DNA from: Eledone cirrhosa
Lineage: Eukaryota
Length of the DNA: 64,000 nucleotides
Direction of reading: 5' to 3'
NCBI GenBank assembly: GCA_964016885.1
Contig: OZ024740.1
Span: 274,598,001-274,662,000 of the forward strand
Numbering within the stretch: position 1 is the stretch's first letter; each line of letters starts with the position of its first letter. The notes beneath the pieces are model-generated. The model did not search any database, had not been told where the DNA came from, and worked only from the letters and a program-made list of their open reading frames with translations. A program made the translations under genes and the position numbers. This document shows positions 15,501 through 29,406 of the stretch, piece after piece.

Positions 15501-15564
15501 ATTTCATTATATATATTTCGGGGATATCATATTAACAATATGCTATGCCTTCATCAGACAAAAT
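15501..15564 (-). ncRNA. HHR (mirror of 21419-21482)
   Basis: Reverse complement within the inverted arm. Confidence 0.68.
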
Positions 15565-15925
15565 ACAATATAAACAGTTTTATAGATAAATATATTCGAC
15601 ATACCGTAATAAACATCAACTTCATTTGAAGAGGTTTACGCTAGCAGTGAAAATACAGAGAGAAAGAAAGAGAGAAAGAAAAGAGGGAAAAACGAAAGAA
15701 AGAAAGACAAAACGAAGAAAAGGAAGAAAAAGAAGAAAAAGAAAAAGAAGAAATGCTTGGAACAAAATAGAGAGATGGAAAAATAGATAAAGCGAAGAGC
15801 TTCATGTAAAGAGACAGAAAGATATATATATATATAGAGAGAGAGGAAATAGAGATAGATACATATATATATATAGAAAATTAGGTAGTGGGAGGTCATT
15901 TTGAGTAAGTGTATCAATGATACAT

Positions 15926-15960
<35 letters not shown>

Positions 15961-17017
15961 GCTCAAGTATTAATGTAAGGGAGATATATAGAGAGATATA
16001 GAGAGATATAGAGAGAGAAAAAAATGTAAAAATAGCCAGACATATTCGAGGCGTAGAAAACCCTATGTTTTAATGTATTAGTATTTATAAAACTTACACT
16101 ATATTGTAAATATCAGTATTCCTGAATGAAACAAGTATTCACAATGTGTGAAAATTCATTATCTTATGTTTAGTTTAAAAAAATTCATATGTCTATGTGA
16201 CAGCTACAAATCTCAATGTGAATCCAACTGATTCACTCCGCAAACTCTAAGTTATCGGAAAACATTCTCAATGTGGTATAAAAATTTGAGCGTATTATTA
16301 TTCTTGCGATTACTCTACAAGATTATCTATCAAGCAGAAATAGAGAGCAGATTTCAATATACTAATCGAAAATATATATTATATTATAAACAAAGATAAC
16401 AATAATAATAATAATAAGTAAAAATATATAAAAATATAGAATAGAAAACTAAAAAAATATTACGAAAGAATATTACATAATAAAAATATTGCATATTAAA
16501 AATACTACGTATTAAAAAATATTACGTATTAAAAATTTACATATAAAAATATTAAAAATAAAAATAAAAAAATAAAAATATTATAGAATACTACAATACT
16601 AAAAGAATAAAAATAAAAATAAAAATAAAAATAAAAATGAAAATAAAAATAAACCACAAAGAACAACCCTACAAAGTTAATTGACAATATATTGCCAAGT
16701 TCATTACAAGACAAAGCCAAAAATTATCTATCAAATCACATCTAGCAAAGAATATCGTAAAAAAGATTATGATGTCCAATAATGTCTACATATGTTCCTA
16801 TGTTTAATATAGAAGTTTATCTAGTGTAAGGTTAATTCAAAAAATTTGGAGCATCGGCTTTTAGGGTAGCTTAATTTTTCATGAGGAATGTTTAGATAAA
16901 ATAAAAATAAATAAAATAAAATAAACAATAAAAAGAGTAAAACGAGGGAATCAAAGATTTAGGAATCAAAAGATTTATCGGCTAGTTCTCATATAAACAT
17001 AAATCAAACTAAATATA

Positions 17018-17963
17018 CTACATTTTAAATTTAAATTTATATTTAAACGTTGAGTTTAATCTATGTTTGCAACAACTGAATAAATTTGTCCGTAGGTTAA
17101 GGGAATTTTTAGATTTTAGTATAAAGAATATCTCCTCTGCGCAGAGGTCACATGTCTCAGAGGATGAATTAAAAGGAATCCCTCTTGAGACTATATTCCA
17201 AGCCGTCGAATATCTAATGTTATCTAGCTTAAGTTGCCAGAGTACCCCTGATAGTGCCGTTGAAGATTTTTTATTTGGATCTGTGAAAGAATTCTTGTGG
17301 TTATTATAGCGAAGTTTAAATTCCGTCGATGTGGAACCGAAGTAGTTAAAAGAATTAGAGTCAGTATTAACATTACAATTGTATACTATATTTTTAACTA
17401 AGCAGTTGTTATTTAACGGACATTTAGATCTATCTCTACAGTTACATTTGTTAACTTGTATATTATTTATGCTATTATCAGTAGGTTTTAAGTTCCTATT
17501 ATTTATTCTATTAATATTTTGTGCTAAATTTTTGGTGGATGAGTAGGTTAATTTAATTGTATGCCTATTGAAGATTGAGTGATACCTATGTGTTCTAGGG
17601 AAGCGATTATCAAGAGCTTTGAAAAATAATTTAGCGATGTGGGTTTTAATGTTTAGTGAGAAAGGGGGGGCAAACCAAATTATGTTCCTAGTTCTATTTA
17701 TTTTTTGTCCTTTGGAATTATTGTAATGCTTTCTATTATAGTTGTTAATGTTGTTGCCGTAATTAAAAAAGTTGTTACTTTGTTTAGTTTGTCTATCATT
17801 ATCTATGTATACAATCTTATCAGCATACCCTGCCCTAGCTAGTGCATCATTATAGTATTGGGCCTTTTCGTCAAAAATCTTTCTATTCGACGAGATCCTA
17901 GAGATACGTTTTTGGACTGAGTTTACTATAGTGTTTTTGACAGATCTGGGGTGGTTAGAGTTA
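17018..17963 (-). pseudogene. Inverted duplicate of the PLE C-terminal half (late RT/linker + GIY-YIG)
   Basis: Protein identical to the + copy from NSNHPRS onward except ARAG vs ARVG. Confidence 0.92.
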
Positions 17964-19964
17964 TCTGACTTTGAAAACGATATAATTTCTATCATACAAG
18001 GGGTCAAATTCAAGAGAAATTTTAAAGGCCAGGAATATCTGAAAGGCATTAAGGATAACATTGAGAGCTTAGAGAAAACTGAGAAGATCTTGGTGAAATC
18101 TGACAAGACCAACAACCTCTATGGAGTGCGGAAAGACATGTATAATGGCCTCATACTGAAAGAGCTGAGGAAAAAATACAAGGTAGCAGATAAGGCCGAA
18201 CTTGAGAAAATGAATGTTGAAGCATCTTGTATAATGCATGAGTTGGAAATTGAGAACAGAACACAACCTTTCGTGCCCAGGAAACCGAAGATCAATATGA
18301 AGGACCACAAGAGCAATTTTGAAAATGACCTGCCAGTGAGATTGATCGCACCTTCAAAATCGGACCTGGGCAAATTAAGCAAAAACATTCTTGACAGGGT
18401 GATACTGCAAATTAAGAACTTGGATTGTGTATCTAACCTGAGCTTGTGGAAGGGAACTGGAGAGGTTGTTGAGTGGTTTAGGCAAATTAAATATGACAAT
18501 AATAATAGGTTTATTCAACTTGATATAGCTAACTATTATTCTTCTATTACCCCTAGTCTACTAAATAGGGCACTAAATTACGCATTCAAACATACGGACC
18601 TAACTAGCAAAGAAATGCATATTATATTATCGGCTAGGAAAACTTTGATAGAATTTAATGACAAATTATGGACTAGAGCAGATAGAGATAGCAATTTTGA
18701 CATAACTATGGGATCTTCCGACTCAGCTCAGGTAACTGACCTTGTGGGCTTATTTTTAATCAATTCGCTACATAGGAAAATACCTGGTACTACCGGAGGC
18801 TTATATAGGGATGACATGCTTTTACTTATTAATAATAATAACCCTGAACTAAATAGAAAATGTAAACAAATTACAAAATTTTTTAATTACTTTAACCTTA
18901 AAATAGAAATTGAGAACAACCATAGAATAGTCAATTTCCTAGATATAACATTAAATCTCAACACATGTCTCCACTATCCTTTTCACAAGTTGAATGAAAA
19001 CTTAAACTGTGTCAACTTTAACTCTAACCACCCCAGATCTGTCAAAAACACTATAGTAAACTCAGTCCAAAAACGTATCTCTAGGATCTCGTCGAATAGA
19101 AAGATTTTTGACGAAAAGGCCCAATACTATAATGATGCACTAGCTAGGGTAGGGTATGCTGATAAGATTGTATACATAGATAATGATAGACAAACTAAAC
19201 AAAGTAACAACTTTTTTAATTACGGCAACAACATTAACAACTATAATAGAAAGCATTACAATAATTCCAAAGGACAAAAAATAAATAGAACTAGGAACAT
19301 AATTTGGTTTGCCCCCCCTTTCTCACTAAACATTAAAACCCACATCGCTAAATTATTTTTCAAAGCTCTTGATAATCGCTTCCCTAGAACACATAGGTAT
19401 CACTCAATCTTCAATAGGCATACAATTAAATTAACCTACTCATCCACCAAAAATTTAGCACAAAATATTAATAGAATAAATAATAGGAACTTAAAACCTA
19501 CTGATAATAGCATAAATAATATACAAGTTAACAAATGTAACTGTAGAGATAGATCTAAATGTCCGTTAAATAACAACTGCTTAGTTAAAAATATAGTATA
19601 CAATTGTAATGTTAATACTGACTCTAATTCTTTTAACTACTTCGGTTCCACATCGACGGAATTTAAACTTCGCTATAATAACCACAAGAATTCTTTCACA
19701 GATCCAAATAAAAAATCTTCAACGGCACTATCAGGGGTACTCTGGCAACTTAAGCTAGATAACATTAGATATTCGACGGCTTGGAATATAGTCTCAAGAG
19801 GGATTCCTTTTAATTCATCCTCTGAGACATGTGACCTCTGCGCAGAGGAGATATTCTTTATACTAAAATCTAAAAACTCCCTTAACCTACGGACAAATTT
19901 ATTCAGTTGTTGCAAACATAGATTAAACTCAACGTTTAAATATAAATTTAAATTTAAAATGTAG
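17961..19964 (+). CDS. PLE reverse transcriptase + C-terminal GIY-YIG endonuclease (5'-truncated, open frame)
   Basis: VKSDKT, MKDHK, RLIAP, LDIANYYSSI, TMGS, YRDD, FLDI, WFAPPFS, CNCR..CPL...CL, VY..YFGST..FKLRYNNH, CDLC, CKHR. The first 10 aa of the track ORF come from the inverted arm. Clade call is from memory of motifs. Confidence 0.92.
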   Translation, partial: LSDFENDIISIIQGVKFKRNFKGQEYLKGIKDNIESLEKTEKILVKSDKTNNLYGVRKDMYNGLILKELRKKYKVADKAELEKMNVEASCIMHELEIENRTQPFVPRKPKINMKDHKSNFENDLPVRLIAPSKSDLGKLSKNILDRVILQIKNLDCVSNLSLWKGTGEVVEWFRQIKYDNNNRFIQLDIANYYSSITPSLLNRALNYAFKHTDLTSKEMHIILSARKTLIEFNDKLWTRADRDSNFDITMGSSDSAQVTDLVGLFLINSLHRKIPGTTGGLYRDDMLLLINNNNPELNRKCKQITKFFNYFNLKIEIENNHRIVNFLDITLNLNTCLHYPFHKLNENLNCVNFNSNHPRSVKNTIVNSVQKRISRISSNRKIFDEKAQYYNDALARVGYADKIVYIDNDRQTKQSNNFFNYGNNINNYNRKHYNNSKGQKINRTRNIIWFAPPFSLNIKTHIAKLFFKALDNRFPRTHRYHSIFNRHTIKLTYSSTKNLAQNINRINNRNLKPTDNSINNIQVNKCNCRDRSKCPLNNNCLVKNIVYNCNVNTDSNSFNYFGSTSTEFKLRYNNHKNSFTDPNKKSSTALSGVLWQLKLDNIRYSTAWNIVSRGIPFNSSSETCDLCAEEIFFILKSKNSLNLRTNLFSCCKHRLNSTFKYKFKFKM

Positions 19965-21022
19965 TATATTTAGTTTGATTTATGTTTATATGAGAACTAG
20001 CCGATAAATCTTTTGATTCCTAAATCTTTGATTCCCTCGTTTTACTCTTTTTATTGTTTATTTTATTTTATTTATTTTTATTTTTATCTAAACATTCCTC
20101 ATGAAAAATTAAGCTACCCTAAAAGCCGATGCTCCAAATTTTTTGAATTAACCTTACACTAGATAAACTTCTATATTAAACATAGGAACATATGTAGACA
20201 TTATTGGACATCATAATCTTTTTTACGATATTCTTTGCTAGATGTGATTTGATAGATAATTTTTGGCTTTGTCTTGTAATGAACTTGGCAATATATTGTC
20301 AATTAACTTTGTAGGGTTGTTCTTTGTGGTTTATTTTTATTTTCATTTTTATTTTTATTTTTATTTTTATTTTTATTCTTTTAGTATTGTAGTATTCTAT
20401 AATATTTTTATTTTTTTATTTTTATTTTTAATATTTTTATATGTAAATTTTTAATACGTAATATTTTTTAATACGTAGTATTTTTAATATGCAATATTTT
20501 TATTATGTAATATTCTTTCGTAATATTTTTTTAGTTTTCTATTCTATATTTTTATATATTTTTACTTATTATTATTATTATTGTTATCTTTGTTTATAAT
20601 ATAATATATATTTTCGATTAGTATATTGAAATCTGCTCTCTATTTCTGCTTGATAGATAATCTTGTAGAGTAATCGCAAGAATAATAATACGCTCAAATT
20701 TTTATACCACATTGAGAATGTTTTCCGATAACTTAGAGTTTGCGGAGTGAATCAGTTGGATTCACATTGAGATTTGTAGCTGTCACATAGACATATGAAT
20801 TTTTTTAAACTAAACATAAGATAATGAATTTTCACACATTGTGAATACTTGTTTCATTCAGGAATACTGATATTTACAATATAGTGTAAGTTTTATAAAT
20901 ACTAATACATTAAAACATAGGGTTTTCTACGCCTCGAATATGTCTGGCTATTTTTACATTTTTTTCTCTCTCTATATCTCTCTATATCTCTCTATATATC
21001 TCCCTTACATTAATACTTGAGC

Positions 21023-21057
<35 letters not shown>

Positions 21058-21418
21058 ATGTATCATTGATACACTTACTCAAAATGACCTCCCACTACCT
21101 AATTTTCTATATATATATATGTATCTATCTCTATTTCCTCTCTCTCTCTATATATATATATCTTTCTGTCTCTTTACATGAAGCTCTTCGCTTTATCTAT
21201 TTTTCCATCTCTCTATTTTGTTCCATGCATTTCTTCTTTTTCTTTTTCTTCTTTTTCTTCCTTTTCTTCGTTTTGTCTTTCTTTCTTTCGTTTTTCCCTC
21301 TTTTCTTTCTCTCTTTCTTTCTCTCTGTATTTTCACTGCTAGCGTAAACCTCTTCAAATGAAGTTGATGTTTATTACGGTATGTCGAATATATTTATCTA
21401 TAAAACTGTTTATATTGT

Positions 21419-21482
21419 ATTTTGTCTGATGAAGGCATAGCATATTGTTAATATGATATCCCCGAAATATATATAATGAAAT
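21419..21482 (+). ncRNA. Minimal type-I HHR near the PLE 3' end
   Basis: ATTTTGT-CTGATGA-AGG..CATATT gtt AATATG..CCC-GAAA-TATATA-TA-ATGAAAT; A-C mismatch at the base of stem II (A-U in the 34393 copy). Confidence 0.7.
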
Positions 21483-21591
21483 AAATATGGTTTTATAAAT
21501 ATAGTTTTCCATTTATTTAATATTGTATATACATATATATATATATATGCATATCTATATATACATATATATATATATATACATATCTATA

Positions 21592-21782
<191 letters not shown>

Positions 21783-21997
21783 TTCGTTTCTGAATTTGTT
21801 TAGCAAGATTCTTTATCTGAAATCGTGTGTTGAAACCGATATTGTTATACTTTGGGAGGGTCATGTTGCCAATAAGAAACACACGCACCAGTTGCTTTCA
21901 CTTCAATTTAATTTATTATATATTTATAAATTTACAAATTTATAAATTTCTGGTTGGTTGGTTGGTTCCACAACCAGATAGTTGTTTATATATATAT

Positions 21998-22042
21998 AGT
22001 CATAGTTCTTTCGTCACACACTCTGTGACCTCTTCAGTGACT
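21998..22042 (-). ncRNA. HHR (mirror of 26171-26215)
   Basis: Reverse complement within the inverted pLTR. Confidence 0.75.
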
Positions 22043-22317
22043 GGGGATTTCTTTCTTCGTTTCTGTGCCTTTCCTTTCTTCTATCCTACGCCATTTTGTT
22101 TGTGTGTGGGTTGCGTGCTCAGTTTGCGCATGCGCCACATCCGGGTGTCTGTGTGTGTTTGTGTTCATTTTTCTATTTTTCTATTTATATTTTTCTATTT
22201 GTTTGTTTATTTATTTATTTATTGTTGGTTGGTTGTTTGTTCTATGTGTGTGTGTGTTTTCATTTTGTGTGTGTTTTCAATTGTAAGTTGTTTGTTTTAT
22301 GTGTGTGTGTGTTTTCA

Positions 22318-25300
22318 AGAACAGTACATTACAGTACATTACTCAAGAATGTAATAAGCACTTTAACAGAAAATTAAAGTGGCTTAAACAGGCAAAGCTA
22401 AATCGGGATACTATAGATTATACCAATAGATATCCCGACAAAATTGACGGTATCAACATGGCCGACACCTCATTATCTGAAGAGTTCAACAATGAGAATA
22501 CCAACATTTATGGAAACACGGAAATAGATAATAATGAAATGTCTGTGTTACGTCTGCCACCCAAATTTGCGACATTCAAGAAGGTAAATATGATTAGTTG
22601 TCTGTCAGAAATAGAAAAATCATTTACGAAACTACGCTGGAGCATCAAAAACAAAAACAAAAGCAACAATATACGCACACACGTATACAACACACATCCC
22701 AACAACAACAGACACACAGACACAAACAACAATAACAACAACAATAGCAACATACCCAGATACAACAACAACAATAGCAACATACCCAGATACAACAACA
22801 ACAATAGCAACATACCCAGATACAACAACAGACACGCAGACACAAACAACAATAACAACACACACGGAGACAACAATAACAACAACACACACATCAACAA
22901 CAACAACAATAGCAACATACCCAGATACAACAACAGACACGCAGACACAAACAACAATAACAACACACACGGAGACAACAATAACAACAACACACACATC
23001 AACAACAACAACAATAGCAACATACCCAGATACAACAACAGACACGCAAACACAAACAACAATAACAACACACACAACAACGATAACACACACACACACG
23101 GAGACAACAACAACACACATCAACAACAACACACATCAACAACAACACACATCAACAACAACAACACACACGCATTCAATGCCTCTCACCACCACCACAA
23201 TCTTAACAAACACACACACACAGAAAACAAGTAATGACAGTAGCACAGAAATCAGAGAAATAAGAGAAAGTAATAGGATTAAAAGGAAAAGGAGATGGGA
23301 GACTAAGGACAAAGAGAATAACCAAGACGAACACACAGACACACAAAATAGGGTAGATAACAACATTGAGCCAGTGGAAAGAGACAGCAGTAATTATGAG
23401 AGACATAGAAACAACCATGAAGCTGAGGCTGCTGCTGTTGGTGGAAATAGAAACAACACAACTAACAATAACAATAGCACTAGTACACATAAAGCAGCAG
23501 CCTGGAACTCTCCGTTTTATAACCCCTCCGATAAATCATTCGACCTACGACGAGTCCACGCCACGACTTTGCCATTTAACAAACGCACACAGTTACCGTC
23601 GCAGGTCGATGAACAAACAGAAGCACAATTTAGTATAGCTAAATCCGAACTTAGAAATATTATAGAACAGTATAGCAAGAAGCATAATAGAATAGAGGCC
23701 CAGCAACTGGGAGAAGAATCTGCAAATGGCTTGCGTAAGCTCATGCAGCGCTCGCGTAATGGAGAGATAGCATGCTTTCCAACAGACAAGTCTGGCAGAA
23801 TGTCGGTTGACAGCCTGCCAAACTACATCCAGGCAATGCAACCCCACATCACTAACACAAGAGAGGTAACACCACAGGAGCATGAGGATAGAGAAAAAAC
23901 CCTCAATGCCCATATGGTGATGTGGACAAATATAATGCAGCCCAACAAAAGGACTGCCAACAACTTCCAGGCCTGGAACAATGACGTGCCGGCGTTGTAT
24001 GGGCTTCGAAAAGACCATAAAACGGGCTGGGACCCTGTCGCGGGACCACCAACACGGCCAGTCTGTGGGGCTAACATTGCTAGTAACTACAGACTGTCCT
24101 ACTTCCTCTCCCTGATATTACGCCCCATCATTGAGATGTCCCCAGATGTGTGTGACAGCACGGAGGACCTCCTCAGCAGAATCGGCGCGGGTAACCGATC
24201 TGGGGACCTAACAAGCTGCATAATAGGCAGTATGGATGTTGTGTCCCTGTATCCATCTATTGACATGGATTTTGCTGTGGAGAAATGCGTCGAAATGATC
24301 AGCGAGAGCAAGGTTGAGTTCCGTGGGATTGATACCAGTGAGCTGGGACTTCTACTTAAGCTTACCCATAGTAATAGTTACCTAGACACTTATGACCTTA
24401 GCAACCTGTGCCCTACAAGACCAGCAAGAGGCAGACCACCTACCATCACCTCAATGGCCAAGAAAACCCACACAGATAGATGGAACGGGTGGACCAGAGC
24501 CATACGGACACCCGAAAACCACGATGAACTGAAGAAAATGATTGCACATGCAGTAGGGGCCAGCATAAAATTAACCCTTAAGGAACATATGTTCAAATTT
24601 AATGGTAAAACATATGCCCAAGAGGAAGGAGCAGCCATTGGTGTTAGCATTGCAGGCGACATAGCTAACTTATTCATGGTATGGTGGGACAGTAGACTTA
24701 AACAAAAACTTAATGAACAATTAGAAGACAGCTTAACCCTGATAATGTACTCCCGCTACGTAGATGATATAAACATCGTAGTTAAGACACCCCCACTAAA
24801 GAACAGTCAGGAACTAGAGAAAAACACAATGGAAAGCATCCAGCAAATAGCAAACTCCATCCACCAGAGCATTAGAGTTACTATAGACTACCCAAGTAGA
24901 CACCCCAACCATCGATTACCTGTACTAGACACAGAGCTCTGGTTAGATACAATTAACAACCAAAAACAAATCCTCCATTCCCATTATGCCAAACCCAGGA
25001 CTTCCAAACATCTGATCCACCGAAACTCGGCCATTTCGGACCATACCAAAATCAACATACTGATTGCGGATTTGGTACGGGTGATGAGAAATGTGTCCCG
25101 CATGTGCAACCCCGAAGAACTAGAGAGACACATACAACATTTCATCCACCGTATGCAGTTCTCTGGCTACAATCAGAGAGATAGAATCAGAGTGTATAAA
25201 GGAGCCAGAACCAAATGGGAAAAAATGGTAAATAATGACATAAATGGGACCTGCCCCTTGTATAGGAGCAAATTTTGGAATAGAATAGAAAGAACTAAGA

Positions 25301-25887
25301 ACAAGGCCAATAGAATAAACTCATGGTATGATAGCAATAAATACCAGAGCGTAATGTTCATCAATACAACCCCTAGAAGCGAACTAGCCTACAAATTTAG
25401 AAGGGCCCTAAAGAAACATAATCTCAATATTAAGATAGTAGAAAGACCTGGTACCTCCGTAAAAACACTTATTAGCAAGACATACCCGTTCCAAAGACCC
25501 TCATGTATAGATAAGAAATGTATAACCTGTAAAATAAGCCCCCATATTAACTGTAAAACTAGAAATGTAGTATATAGCATAAGATGTACTGAAGGACAAT
25601 GTAGAAACAAAAATATAGTGTACATAGGTGAGACAGCTCGTAGTATAGGGGAACGAATAAATGAACACTGGCGAGACCTCCAAGATAATAAAGAATCATC
25701 TGTGCTCTACCAACATGCTAAGATAGAACACAGAGGTAAGTTAGAGAACATAGAAATAATAATAGAATCCACACGCAAGAAAGACGCAATGTTTAGGCAA
25801 ATTACAGAGGCAGTAAGCATAAAAGAATTAAAACCAAAATTAAATAGAAAATATGAGTGGAACAGCAACATCACAACTTACAATTAA
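22318..25887 (+). CDS. PLE RT + GIY-YIG ORF with Asn-rich repeat insert; one frameshift at ~23100-23230
   Basis: N-terminal EMSVLRLPPKF..EIEKSFTKLRW; PTDKSG, LYGLRKDHK, RPVCG, MDVVSLYPSI, QEEGAAIG, RYVDD, VLD; CxxxxCxxC, NVVYSIRC..YIGETARSIGERINEH, HA..EH, EA..I...KPKLN. Confidence 0.92.
22700..23220 (+). repeat. Coding minisatellite: 30-bp units and 105-bp higher-order units on an (AAC)n backbone
   Basis: NNNNSNIPRY three times; 35-aa unit starting at 22806, 22911 and 23016. Confidence 0.9.
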
Positions 25888-26170
25888 GGACAAAATGAAA
25901 ACACACACACACATAAAACAAACAACTTACAATTGAAAACACACACAAAATGAAAACACACACACACATAGAACAAACAACCAACCAACAATAAATAAAT
26001 AAATAAACAAACAAATAGAAAAATATAAATAGAAAAATAGAAAAATGAACACAAACACACACAGACACCCGGATGTGGCGCATGCGCAAACTGAGCACGC
26101 AACCCACACACAAACAAAATGGCGTAGGATAGAAGAAAGGAAAGGCACAGAAACGAAGAAAGAAATCCCC

Positions 26171-26215
26171 AGTCACTGAAGAGGTCACAGAGTGTGTGAC
26201 GAAAGAACTATGACT
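26171..26215 (+). ncRNA. Minimal type-I HHR in pLTR
   Basis: AGTCA-CTGAAGA-g-GTCAC..GTGAC-GAAA-G aa C-TA-TGACT; perfect stem I. Confidence 0.78.
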
Positions 26216-26401
26216 ATATATATATAAACAACTATCTGGTTGTGGAACCAACCAACCAACCAGAAATTTATAAATTTGTAAATTTATAAATATATAATAA
26301 ATTAAATTGAAGTGAAAGCAACTGGTGCGTGTGTTTCTTATTGGCAACATGACCCTCCCAAAGTATAACAATATATATATATACATATATATATACACAT
26401 A

Positions 26402-26477
<76 letters not shown>

Positions 26478-26493
26478 CATATATATATATATA

Positions 26494-28133
26494 TTGAACT
26501 CCCCACCCTTATTCCTTTCGCCTTCCACCGCCCCCCTCCCTCCACACTTATCCCCCACTAACACCACTAACACACCCCTCCTTTTCACCGCCCACCCCAC
26601 AACTAACAATACTAACACCTCCACTCCACCCCTCATCTGACCACCCTGCCCCAACTAACATACTAACATCCCTTCCCTCCCCCTCTTCCCCCCCCTCCTT
26701 ATCACACACCCACCGGCACATATATACACGCGCTCACACTAAACACACACCCTACTACCACCACTAACCCTCACTCCACACCTCTCACCCCACACCTCCA
26801 TCCCACCACCCCGCAACTAACCTCACTAACACCCCCTAACCCCAAGCACACGAACCACGCACCCACTTACACCACCCACCACACACGCAACTAACATCAC
26901 TAACACCCCCCAACCCCACGCACACGTACCCACACACCATCGTACACCACCAACTCTACACACCCTACCACCACTAACCCCCACTCACACCTGCATTCAA
27001 CCCCTCCCCACCTCCCGTATACTAACACCCACTAACACCTCTTCATCAAACTACACACACACCAGTACACCACACTCCCTCCATAGAACCACACACACCC
27101 TTCTATCCCCGCTCCACCCACACCCTCACTCCACACTCACTCATCCCACTAACACCCCTACTAATACACACAAACACACCCTCCTCACTCCAACTTTCAC
27201 ACCTACCCATCCTCGCCCCTTTACCATTCCACCGACTGCTGCTATGCCCTCTGACCACCTCCCAGCACAAACAGACCACAGCACTCCCACTGCTGACCAT
27301 TTCCTGTTGCGCGCGCACCCCACATCTCTCCTCTTCCGACCTTCGCTTCATGGAATACCCACACGCAGAAATTGACCAACAACCAATCCACTAAACATCT
27401 TCGGAATTTACCAACTTTTCAACCATCCTCTTACGTAATCACCTATATAACTCACCCACACACACACACCCAAAAGAAATTTTTCTCCACACTCCACCTA
27501 CACCCACAACACGCTTAAACCCCACACACACGTGCTTTCCACCACATATTTACACCCTCAGCTCCTGATTCCTCTCCCCCCCACCCCTCTATCCACACAC
27601 GCACAGACACTCCGACCCACAAACCCCCACACACACACATCCTAAACATGCAACCCCGTTCTTCCCCCAACCCTTACTTTCACATACACACACACACACA
27701 CGCACACCTACACACACACACCACCTTCAGCCCTCCCCGCTCGGACACCCCGTCTCCCTCTCCCCACTCCACCCGCCACCACCTCTACACACCCCACACC
27801 CTACCACCACCTGTTTACCCCCCTTTTAATTTCAGTTTATTTTGATCATGCCTTTATTTTTAAATTTATCTCATTCCTTGTATTTTGAACATGCTTTATT
27901 TTTATTTTTATCTTTATTTTTTATTTTTTCATTCGCACCGTTTCCTTTCGCTATATGTCTCTCCACCACTCCCCTACACACCCTTTGAACTCTGTTCCCA
28001 CACACTTCTCACCTGAGGAAGGGCTTATGCCCGAAACGTCGTCCCCCACCAACACCCCACTCTCCAGAGCGTGAAATTAATAAATATTCGTTGTACTGCC
28101 TCTCTGTTTTGTCCCTGTTCAAATTTTTCCATT
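26494..28133 (+). mobile_element. Degenerate C/A-rich 3' portion of another probable PLE
   Basis: HHR-like CTGAGGA-a-GGGC ttat GCCC-GAAA-CGTCGTC at 28013-28043; faint GIY-YIG C-terminal remnant (TPTADHF..H..LHG) near 27280-27420; last ~60 nt recur at 37090-37151. Confidence 0.5.
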
Positions 28134-28151
28134 ATATATATATACATACAT

Positions 28152-28288
<137 letters not shown>

Positions 28289-28349
28289 CATATACATATA
28301 TATATATACATATATATATATATACATATATATACATATATATATATAC

Positions 28350-28382
<33 letters not shown>

Positions 28383-28391
28383 CATATATAC

Positions 28392-28422
<31 letters not shown>

Positions 28423-28423
28423 C

Positions 28424-28504
<81 letters not shown>

Positions 28505-28560
28505 AAAGTTTGTTAGGGGGTAACAAACTTTTATCTGACTTTGAAAATCTATATATACAC

Positions 28561-28633
<73 letters not shown>

Positions 28634-28676
28634 TATATACACATATATATATATATATACACATATATATATATAT

Positions 28677-28869
<193 letters not shown>

Positions 28870-28870
28870 T

Positions 28871-28941
<71 letters not shown>

Positions 28942-28942
<1 letters not shown>

Positions 28943-29406
28943 TGTTGTCCCAGTTTTCAAAAAGGGAAACAAATCCCTTGCCGTGAATTACCGTCCAATC
29001 TCACTCACCTCTCATATCATTAAGGTATTTGAGAGAGGGGTGAGATCGCGAATGACCCTCTTCCTTGCTGAACTCCAACCAGCATGGATTCCGTAATGGA
29101 AGGGATTGCCTGACGCAGCTACTGCATCAATTTGATGACATTTTGAGAGCCTTGGGAGAGGGTTCCAACACTGATGTTATCTACCTTGATTTCAGCAAGG
29201 ACTTTGACAGGGTTGATCATAACATTCTACTGAGAAAGCTGTCCAATATTGGTGTCACTGGAAAGCTGCTGCAGTGGATCAAGAGCTTCCTGTCAAACAG
29301 AACCCAACATGTTGTAGTTGAGGGAGTCAAATCCAGCCCAGCCAAAGTCAGTAGTGGGGTCCCACAAGGCACTGTGTTGGGCCCACTTCTCTTCATCATC
29401 TATATT
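28942..29406 (+). pseudogene. Internal RT fragment of the same LINE family as 336-3451, ending at the assembly gap
   Basis: Matches ~1967-2446 with a few substitutions and a 14-bp deletion. Confidence 0.93.

Larger units (their letters stand above)
15370..21527 (+). mobile_element. Penelope-like element (probably Hydra clade): inverted 2.5-kb 3' copy plus 5'-truncated copy
   Basis: 15456-17963 is the near-identical reverse complement of 19019-21527; extra ~85-nt tail at 15370-15455; RT+GIY-YIG ORF; ~1.5-kb 3' UTR ending in an HHR; TA flanks. Confidence 0.95.

Noticed and set aside
17931-18115. Apparent start codons and overlap of ORFs 17931+ and 17018-
   Set aside because: Both N-termini are created by the inversion junction at ~17963; neither is a native start.
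21827-22377. Hydrophobic, membrane-like ORFs (also 15636, 21066, 25871, 31073, 34063)
   Set aside because: Low-complexity T/GT-rich UTR or pLTR sequence duplicated by the inversions.
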